From a bacterium (lineage in GTDB: Bacteria > Hinthialibacterota > Hinthialibacteria > Hinthialibacterales > Hinthialibacteraceae), in contig JBHGBC010000126.1 in NCBI GenBank assembly GCA_041946805.1, forward strand, positions 1 through 17,822: a stretch of DNA of 17,822 bases, read 5' to 3'. Below are positions 7,552 through 13,960 of this stretch, one piece after another; the stretch's first letter is position 1, and every line of letters begins with the position of its first letter. Below the pieces are notes generated by a model. That model saw only the letters and a list, made by a program, of their open reading frames with translations, was not told the origin of the DNA and did not search any database. The translations under genes and the position numbers were made by a program.

Positions 7552-8787
7552 TTATTGAATCATCTCGATCTGGGCCTTGATCGCCCCGGCGGCCGCCATG
7601 TTCTGCAGGATGGCGATCAGGTCGCGGGGGGTGTAGCCCAACGCGTTCAGGTTGGACAACACTTCGCCGATGGTCGTGCCCTTCACGGTGGTGACCTTGT
7701 CGCCCTCGGTGACAGTCACCTGCGCCTGCTGCGTCGTGACGGGTTCACCGCCCAGGCCCAAGCCGGCGGGAGTGACCTCGGGAATGGTCTCGATGGTGAT
7801 GCGCAGCGGCCCGTGGGCGATGACGGCGTCGCGCACGCGGATATGCTGCCCGGCGACCACCGTGCCGGTGCGTTCGTTGATCACGATCTTGGCCGGCTCG
7901 TCGGTTTCGATCTCGGCCTCATCGATGAAGGCGATGGCGTCCACCAAGGAATGGAACGGTTGCGCGCCCAGCAGGATGTTGCCGTTGGCGTCCATGCGGA
8001 CGGCCACACGCACGGCGCTGGCGTCCTCCGCCCGGGCGATGTTCATGCCCGCGAGGGTGTTGATCTTGCGCTGCAGGTTGGAGGCGGTTTTGAAATCGGG
8101 CGTGTGCAGCAGCCAGCGGAGCGTGTTGCCTTCCTGGATCACATTGTGAAAGACCGGCTCGCCTTCGATGATCACGCCATTGGGAATAACCCCGACGGCC
8201 GGGTGATTCTTCTGGACCGAGGCGGAACCCGCCCCCGCCCCGCCCCCGCCCCCCGCGGAAGCGGCGAATCCGCCGATGGAGAGAGATCCGTAGGCCATGC
8301 CGTGAAACTGGTTGTCCGCGCCCTTCAAGGGAGTGGGCAACAAGGTGCCGCCCTGCAGGCTGGAGGCGCGGCCGATGCTCACTACCGTGCAGTTGATGCG
8401 GGTTCCCGGCCGCGCGTAGGGGGGCAGGTTCGCCAAAACCATGACGGCCGCCACGTTGTCGGGAATGACTTCCGTGGTGACGAGATCGGGCTGCAGGACG
8501 TTGATGCCCAGGCCGGCCAGGAGATTGGTCAGGGTTTGCGCGGTGAATCCCCGGCGCCCGTCGCCCGTCCCCGCGAGTCCACCGACCAGGCCGTAGCCGA
8601 TCAGCGGGTTGTCCTGGACGCCGTCCAACTGGGCGATGTCCTTGACGCGGGAGATGACCGGCTGCGCGTGGACCGCGGAAGACCACAGGAGAGATCCCAT
8701 CATGATTCCCGCCAGCCACCGGCGGGAGAAACGCCGGGCGTGGTTTATGAGGGACGGATGGGAAGGGAATTCAGTTCGGAATCGCAT
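7552..8787 (-). CDS. flgI: Flagellar P-ring protein FlgI
   Basis: RVKDIA...NPLIGYGLVGGLAGTGD, NVAAVMV.ANLPPY, ASSLQGGTLLPTPLKGAD, AKIVINERTGTVVAG and PRDLIAILQ motifs. ATG 8787 follows an AGGGG RBS; the ORF extends to 8832. Confidence 0.97.
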   Translation of the reverse strand: MRFRTEFPSHPSLINHARRFSRRWLAGIMMGSLLWSSAVHAQPVISRVKDIAQLDGVQDNPLIGYGLVGGLAGTGDGRRGFTAQTLTNLLAGLGINVLQPDLVTTEVIPDNVAAVMVLANLPPYARPGTRINCTVVSIGRASSLQGGTLLPTPLKGADNQFHGMAYGSLSIGGFAASAGGGGGAGAGSASVQKNHPAVGVIPNGVIIEGEPVFHNVIQEGNTLRWLLHTPDFKTASNLQRKINTLAGMNIARAEDASAVRVAVRMDANGNILLGAQPFHSLVDAIAFIDEAEIETDEPAKIVINERTGTVVAGQHIRVRDAVIAHGPLRITIETIPEVTPAGLGLGGEPVTTQQAQVTVTEGDKVTTVKGTTIGEVLSNLNALGYTPRDLIAILQNMAAAGAIKAQIEMIQ

Positions 8788-8840
8788 GATATATTCCCCT
8801 ATGGTGATAGGGATGGAGTTCGCGGTGATCAAGTTATTGT

Positions 8841-8874
8841 GGGTGGGCTACGCAGCGCTTTGAGCCCACCCTGC
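8841..8874 (-). repeat. REP-like palindrome (module F)
   Basis: GGGTGGGCT (8841-8849) and AGCCCACCC (8863-8871) form a perfect 9-bp stem. The minus strand reads GCAG-GGTGGGCT..., resembling GTAG-type REPs. Confidence 0.65.
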
Positions 8875-8914
8875 TTCTTGCTGTTTCTTGCTGTATGTCA
8901 CCCATGGAGGGCAT

Positions 8915-9016
8915 CCCTCACCCTGCCCCTCTCCCAGAGGGAGAGGGAATTATTACTTTAATCGTCCTTTTCCCCGGGCGTTGCCCTGGGCTATTTTCTT
9001 TTGCGCCATTGGCGCT
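8915..9016 (+). repeat. Composite REP-like element, modules D and E
   Basis: D at 8915-8947 (CCCTCACCCTGCCCCTCTCCCAGAGGGAGAGGG), 24-nt spacer, then E at 8972-9016 (CCCCGGGCGTTGCCCTGGGCT...GCGCCATTGGCGCT). Confidence 0.88.
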
Positions 9017-9085
9017 TACAGGTTGCATTTCCTCTGGGTGAATTGAAACCAAGGTAGCATTACGATATTGCCTTTCCCCCTCTTG

Positions 9086-9172
9086 CCCTCACCCGGGCCC
9101 TCACCCGGGCCCTCTCCCGGGGGGAGAGGGGATTATTTGCTTTGGGCAATTCACAGGTCACGCCGTTGGCGC
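9086..9172 (+). repeat. Module D with a 12-bp internal duplication, followed by a truncated module E
   Basis: CCCTCACCCGGG twice (9086-9109), then CCCTCTCCCGGGGGGAGAGGG to 9130. CGCCGTTGGCGCT near 9160-9172 matches the end of module E. Confidence 0.8.
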
Positions 9173-9192
9173 TCAAAATCTCCCCCCTTCAT

Positions 9193-9813
9193 TTAGAACA
9201 AGAAATTGAATAACCGTTGGATGAAAGAGGGATTGGCCATTTTGGAGAGGGTGCCGTCACCCAAATAGCTGATTTCGGCGTCGGCCACCTGGTACGAGTA
9301 CACCGTGTTGTTGATGATGTCGCGCGGCCGCACCTTGCCGGAGAGAACGATGGTTTTATGCTCCTCCCCCACGCGGATGGTCTTGCGGGCCTCGATCAGG
9401 AAGTTCCCGGCGGGATCGATGCGGACGATGGTGGCCGCGACGCGGGACTCGAACTGGTTGGAACGGTCCACCGCCGCGTTGCCATTGAATTCGTTGGTGG
9501 AATCGAATTTCATCCGGGGGCCGTTTTCAGCGCCGCCAAAGGCTTTCTCCATGAAGGGATTGTTCCAAATGGCGCCGAGGATGCCGTTGAATTTGTGCTC
9601 GCGGGCGCTTTCGCCGTCGGCGGAATCGTTGGCCCGGTTGTCTTCCTCCACCAGGATGGTCAGGATGTCCCCCACCTTGTGCGCGTTGGCGTCCGAGAGC
9701 ATGAAGTTCATGGGGGAATCTTCCGTCCAGAGGGATTTGGCCAGGGCCGCCGTTGAGAATCCCATACCCAGCAACACCAGGAGCACGAGTGTGAATATAA
9801 TGTTTTTTTTCAT
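9193..9813 (-). CDS. flgH: Flagellar L-ring protein FlgH
   Basis: SD..AHKVGDILTILVEE, GNFLIEARK.IRV..E...IVLSGKVRPRDI..NTVYSYQVADAEISYLGDG and the terminal IQRLFNFLF. Confidence 0.95.
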   Translation of the reverse strand: MKKNIIFTLVLLVLLGMGFSTAALAKSLWTEDSPMNFMLSDANAHKVGDILTILVEEDNRANDSADGESAREHKFNGILGAIWNNPFMEKAFGGAENGPRMKFDSTNEFNGNAAVDRSNQFESRVAATIVRIDPAGNFLIEARKTIRVGEEHKTIVLSGKVRPRDIINNTVYSYQVADAEISYLGDGTLSKMANPSFIQRLFNFLF

Positions 9814-9862
9814 GGGAAGGTTTCCTTCTATCCTTGACCTTTTATTGACACTTCAGGGCTTT

Positions 9863-9895
9863 CCCTCACCCTGGCCCTCTCCCGGGGGGAGAGGG
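9863..9895 (+). repeat. REP-like module D
   Basis: CCCTCACCCTGGCCCTCTCCCGGGGGGAGAGGG. Confidence 0.9.
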
Positions 9896-9918
9896 GATCT
9901 TAAATCCAACAGTCTCAT

Positions 9919-10069
9919 AAGGATGTCATCCCCGCGAAAGCGGGGATCCAGCGCCGTTTCTTGTACGGGCATGTTTCCGTACGTCTCATCGGGCGGACAC
10001 CTAGGTCCGCCCCAACGGCTTTCCCTCACCCTGGCCCTCTCCCAGGGGGAGAGGGGATGGATTGCTTTT
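9919..10069 (+). repeat. ~150-bp multi-hairpin direct repeat, copy 1 (modules A-B-C-D)
   Basis: Aligns to 11169-11317 with 6 substitutions and one 2-nt indel. A at 9925-9951 (GTCATCCCCGCGAAAGCGGGGATCCAG); B at 9963-9982 (GTACGG..CCGTAC); C at 9991-10016; D at 10023-10055. Confidence 0.95.
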
Positions 10070-10073
10070 CATG

Positions 10074-11090
10074 TTACGATTGCACCAATTCCACCAGGCC
10101 GCGCTGGATAATCCGGCCCTTGACGATCCTTCCGGTGTTGGCAGTCTTGACCGGAATGATGTCGCCGGCCGCCCCGCGTCCCTGCGCGTGGCCCTGGGTT
10201 TGCAACGTCAGGCCGTCGCTCTTCAAAACGATCTGCACGGGATCTCCCCGTTTCATCACGTAATTGGCGTTCAAGTCCTGCCATTTGACCGGATCTCCCG
10301 GCGTGAGAGCGATGCGGCATTGGCGGCCGGTGATCTCGTCCCGGTTGTCGACGGTTTGCTGATCGAGCATTTCATTGTCGAAATACAGCACGGCCTCGCG
10401 GATATCATCCGGCCCGATGACATCCCCCCGTTTGAGGTTGCGGACGGGCAGGAAGGCCTTGCGGCGGTGTTGCACCGACAGCACGATGGGAAATTCCTTG
10501 ACCTGGATCTGATCGATGAACAGCCGGACCTGGTAGCGTGTCGTGCCGTGCACCATGGGCGAGGCGCGGTCGAAGGCGATGTCCACCGGGCCGGTGGGGG
10601 AGATCCAAACATCCCGGGCCGGCGTGCTGATGACGCGCATGACCAATTCGTCCTCGCTCCAACCGGTCTCGTTCAGGATCATTTGCTGGAGGGACTTCAA
10701 GACCTCCTGAATGCCGATTTTCCGGCCGTATCCATAGACTTCGACCAGGTTGGCGCCCGTGAATTGCACGTTGAAGACATCGAGTCCGGCGCTCCGGACG
10801 GCTTGCAAGATATAGTGCCGGGGCAGGCGGTCTTGTTCCCCGGGGGCCGGGGCTTTCATGACGGGCAGTTCCTCGTATTTCCGCTGTGTTTCCGGATCGG
10901 GTGACTGGATGGATTCGGCCAGATCGCCCAGCCGGATCACCGTTTCCTTGGCGCTGGCCACGTGATATGTATCCGGGAGGCGGATGACCACCGGTTCGCC
11001 TTGCGCCCCGGCCGGGAGGATGCCAGCCCCCAGGGTGAAGAGCATCCAGAGAACCATACCCCATGCCATCCTGAGCCACATGTATTTCAC
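10074..11090 (-). CDS. flgA: Flagellar P-ring formation chaperone FlgA (long form)
   Basis: AAGGAGG RBS, GTG start and signal peptide. IRLGDLA N-domain, SAF domain (RNLKRGDVIGPDDI) and C-terminal VMKRGDPVQI...G.AQGRGAAGDIIPVK...TGRIVKGRI. Lies between flgG and flgH. Confidence 0.92.
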   Translation of the reverse strand: MKYMWLRMAWGMVLWMLFTLGAGILPAGAQGEPVVIRLPDTYHVASAKETVIRLGDLAESIQSPDPETQRKYEELPVMKAPAPGEQDRLPRHYILQAVRSAGLDVFNVQFTGANLVEVYGYGRKIGIQEVLKSLQQMILNETGWSEDELVMRVISTPARDVWISPTGPVDIAFDRASPMVHGTTRYQVRLFIDQIQVKEFPIVLSVQHRRKAFLPVRNLKRGDVIGPDDIREAVLYFDNEMLDQQTVDNRDEITGRQCRIALTPGDPVKWQDLNANYVMKRGDPVQIVLKSDGLTLQTQGHAQGRGAAGDIIPVKTANTGRIVKGRIIQRGLVELVQS

Positions 11091-11168
11091 GGTTACCTCC
11101 TTGTGCCTCTTCCGGTGGTTGTTTGAATGAAACGACCCTCTCCTAATTTCATGTCATTCCGTTCAGAA

Positions 11169-11373
11169 AAGGATGTCATCCCCGCGAAAGGGGGGATCCA
11201 GCGCCATTTCTTGTACGGGCATGTTTCCGTACGTCTCATCGGGCGGACACCTAGGTCCGCCCCTACGGATTTCCCTCACCCTGGCCCTCTCCCAGGGGGA
11301 GGGGATTGATTACTTTTGGCTTATCAATCCCAGGGTGTTGCCCTGGGCTGGCTTCTCACGCGCCTTTGGCGCA
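11169..11373 (+). repeat. Direct repeat copy 2 (modules A-B-C-D) extended by module E
   Basis: A at 11175-11201; C at 11241-11266 (reverse complement GTAGGGGCGGACCTAGGTGTCCGCCC); D at 11273-11304; E at 11329-11373 (CCCAGGGTGTTGCCCTGGGCT...GCGCCTTTGGCGCA). Confidence 0.95.
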
Positions 11374-11387
11374 TCCAAAATCCTTAT

Positions 11388-12176
11388 TTATTGCTTCAGA
11401 TTCACGGCGGTTTGGATCATTTCATCGCCGGTGCGCACCGCGCGGGAGTTCACTTCGAAGGCGCGCTGGGCGGTGATCAGGTTGACCAGTTCCTCGGCCA
11501 CGCTGACGTTGGAATTTTCCAAAAATCCCTGCTCCAGGGTCCCCAATCCGTCCTGCCCGGGATTGCTGGTGATGGGGGGACCGGAGGCTTCGGTTTCCAC
11601 GAACAAGTTATTGCCCAAGGCGGCCAATCCCGCCGGATTCACGAATGACGCCAGCTGGATCTGCCCCACCTGGGAAGTGATGTTTCCCGGCTGTACCACC
11701 GAAACGATGCCTTCCGCGCTGATGTTGATCGCGATGGAGTCGGGCGGCACCTGGATAGTGGGCTCCATCCGGAGGCCGTCGGAGGTGACCAGGTTGCCCG
11801 CCTGGTCGAGGCTAAACGCCCCGTCCCGGGTATAGCCGGTGGTGTTGTCGGGCAGCGTCACCTGGAAGAATCCCTTTTTGCCGAGAATGGCCACGTCCAG
11901 GGGATTTTCGGTGTTGCGCAGGGAGCCTTCGTTGAAGACCCGCCGGGTCCCGGCGACCCGCACGCCATGGCCGATTTGGATTCCCGAGGGCAATTCGATG
12001 CCCTGGTACGCGGACGAGCCGGCCGGCTTGATGGTTTGATACAACAAGTCCTGAAAATCCACGCTGGTGCGTTTGTATCCAAACGTGTTGGCGTTCGCCA
12101 GATTGTTGGCGATGGTGTCCACCATGAAAGACATGCCTTGCATTCCCGCGGCGGCGGTGAACAGTCCTCGTAGCAT
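11388..12176 (-). CDS. flgG: Flagellar basal-body distal rod protein FlgG
   Basis: 262 aa. IANNLANANT.GYK...FQDLLYQ, G.QIGHGVR, YTRDGAF and QGFLENSNVSVAEELVNLITAQRAFEVNS motifs. Confidence 0.97.
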   Translation of the reverse strand: MLRGLFTAAAGMQGMSFMVDTIANNLANANTFGYKRTSVDFQDLLYQTIKPAGSSAYQGIELPSGIQIGHGVRVAGTRRVFNEGSLRNTENPLDVAILGKKGFFQVTLPDNTTGYTRDGAFSLDQAGNLVTSDGLRMEPTIQVPPDSIAINISAEGIVSVVQPGNITSQVGQIQLASFVNPAGLAALGNNLFVETEASGPPITSNPGQDGLGTLEQGFLENSNVSVAEELVNLITAQRAFEVNSRAVRTGDEMIQTAVNLKQ

Positions 12177-12232
12177 GGTCGCGGCCTCCTGCCTCCCATG
12201 AAAAATCCGATTATCCTGGATCGTCCGGCGCT

Positions 12233-13054
12233 TTACCGGGCCAGTTCGTTGACGGCCTTGTTCAATGTTTGGTCCAACGAGCGGATCACCCGCGAGCTGG
12301 CTTCGTGTATCCGGTATGACTCGATCAATTTGACCATTTCGGTGGTCGGGATGCTGTTTGATTTTTCCAGATAGCCTTGCGCCACCCGGAATACATCCGG
12401 GACCTTGAAATTGTCCGTATCGCCTTCCTCCACCCGGTAAATATTTCCCTGTTCACGGAACAATTTGTCCTTATTGACAAAGTCGGTCACCTTGATCTGG
12501 TCCAGCACCACGTTGCTCATGATGCCTTGCTGATTGGGCCGTTGCACCAGCACTTGCCCGAAACCGTCGACATAGAAGTCCTCTTGGCCGACATGGATTC
12601 GTCCGGGCTGGCGGCCGTTTTGGATACCCTGCCCGATGACGTACATACCCTGTGAATTGACCAGGTATCCTTCCTTATCCACGTGGAAGTTGCCGGAACG
12701 GGTGAAGCGTTGGCCATCCGGCGAGAGCAGGGTGAAAAATCCATCGCCGAAAAGCGCCAGATCGTTGGTTTCGCCGGTGTAGACCATCTGCCCGGCCGAG
12801 TGGTCCACGTAGACCCAATCAATGCCCGCGCCGGTTCCCAGACGGCCGATGGTTTGGTTGTTCCGGGGATTGGCGGAACTGGAGGCCGGGCGTCCGTAGG
12901 TGGCGGACAGCATCACATCGGGAAACGAGCGGACCACCACTTCTTCCCGGCAAAAGCCCGGTATTTGCGAGTTGGCCAAGTTGTAGGCCAGAGTATCCTG
13001 CACCCGTTCCTGGATGACCATTCCTGAAGCCGCCGAATACAGACCGGTTAACAT
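12233..13054 (-). CDS. flgF: Flagellar basal-body rod protein FlgF (FlgF/FlgG family)
   Basis: MLTGLYSAASGM..NLANSQIPGF, DLALFGDGFF, FTRSGNF and QGYLEKSN..EMVKLIESYR motifs. Directly upstream of flgG. ATG 13054 follows AGGA. Confidence 0.88.
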   Translation of the reverse strand: MLTGLYSAASGMVIQERVQDTLAYNLANSQIPGFCREEVVVRSFPDVMLSATYGRPASSSANPRNNQTIGRLGTGAGIDWVYVDHSAGQMVYTGETNDLALFGDGFFTLLSPDGQRFTRSGNFHVDKEGYLVNSQGMYVIGQGIQNGRQPGRIHVGQEDFYVDGFGQVLVQRPNQQGIMSNVVLDQIKVTDFVNKDKLFREQGNIYRVEEGDTDNFKVPDVFRVAQGYLEKSNSIPTTEMVKLIESYRIHEASSRVIRSLDQTLNKAVNELAR

Positions 13055-13101
13055 GGGCGCACATCCTAGGCTGAGTTTCCGTCTTCCCGCCAACTTTTAA
13101 G

Positions 13102-13117
13102 AGCAACCGTCATACCA
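13102..13117 (-). promoter_or_regulatory. Sigma54 (-24/-12) promoter of the flg operon
   Basis: The minus strand reads TGGTATGACGGTTGCT: GG-N10-GC with near-consensus TGGYAYG-N4-TTGCW, 47 nt upstream of the flgF ATG. Confidence 0.75.
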
Positions 13118-13254
13118 AAAACAGCCGTTCCTCCCGAGGCCGGCCGGATTCGTGTTAAGTACCAGTCGGAAGGAAACTTGGACAAGATCCGCCAATTGGG
13201 ATAGGATGCAGGTGTGCCAAAACCATTGAACCGGCGGGGGAAATTTTTTCCACC

Positions 13255-13677
13255 ATGATTGATTCGCATGTCATCACCGTGGGGATCAACGACCGTAAAG
13301 TATTGGAGGAAGGGTGGTATGGACTGGAGAAGTCCCCGGAAGGCTTGGTGTATCGGGCTTCTTCCCGGGAGGCGGTTTTGAAACTCCCCTTTGCCCGGCA
13401 ACGGGTGCAAATCATACTGTTACTGTCCGCGCGGCAGCCGAAGAACGCGGCCGAACCGTTGAAAGGGATTGTTTCCTCCAGCACGGGAAGCGATTTCATG
13501 ATCGAACTGGCGACTGACTTTTGGACGGTCCGCCGGGGCTCGCTGGATGTCGGCGAGGACCGGTTGGTCCATATCCAGGTTGCCAATCCCTGGTCACCCG
13601 ACCGGCTCTATAAAAATGGTGATACGCGGTCGTTGGGGATCTTGCTCAGCGCGGCGCGCTTTGTCCGGGAGGATTGA
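13255..13677 (+). CDS. Hypothetical protein, probable stand-alone beta-sandwich (carbohydrate-binding-like) domain
   Basis: 140-aa ORF divergent from flgF. The LEEGWY..E...YR.....A.L.L and W.P......GD.RSLGI pattern resembles, from recall, accessory domains of glycosyltransferases. Confidence 0.65.
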   Translation: MIDSHVITVGINDRKVLEEGWYGLEKSPEGLVYRASSREAVLKLPFARQRVQIILLLSARQPKNAAEPLKGIVSSSTGSDFMIELATDFWTVRRGSLDVGEDRLVHIQVANPWSPDRLYKNGDTRSLGILLSAARFVRED

Positions 13678-13679
13678 GA

Positions 13680-13791
13680 GGGCGGAAACGAAGCTCCGTT
13701 TGTACAAAATTCCCACCCCCTGGCCCTCTCCCAGAGGGAAAGGGAAAAGAATGACAATCCGTTTCGATCGCAGGGGCCCGTTGCCATGTGT
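13680..13791 (+). repeat. Degenerate composite element C-D-E
   Basis: C-like 13680-13705 (GGGCGGAAACGAAGCTCCGTTTGTAC), 6 nt, D at 13712-13744, 24 nt, then E-like CGCAGGGGCCCGTTGCCATGTGT from 13769. Confidence 0.7.
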
Positions 13792-13960
13792 CCCTACTAC
13801 TTTTCAGAAGTCTTCCGGGGGCGCCATCCCCGCGCACACCATTCCCGGCAGATAACTTCTTACAACATTTCGTTTACCCCGCCGGGCGGTTGAGATAAAG
13901 TAAAGCGCCGATTGTTTGATTATGAGTTCCATCGAATGTGGATGAAAAGGAATCAATCCG

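Noticed and set aside
7474..8961. 495-aa plus-strand ORF (and similar ORFs at 9305-10111, 10062-10904, 11173-11835 and 15239-16510)
   Set aside because: Antisense shadows of flgI, flgH, flgA, flgG and the propeller gene, with no recognisable domains.
8915..11304. CRISPR array made of the 33-nt D repeats
   Set aside because: Irregular spacing with whole genes in between, no unique 30-40 nt spacers and no cas genes.
11127..11309. Small ORFs containing PHPGPLPGG / PSPWPSP (also 9961-10263)
   Set aside because: These are translations of the palindromic repeat modules, with no evidence that they are genes.
13204..13220. Second sigma54 site (TGGCAC on the minus strand)
   Set aside because: No GC at the required 10-nt distance from the GG.
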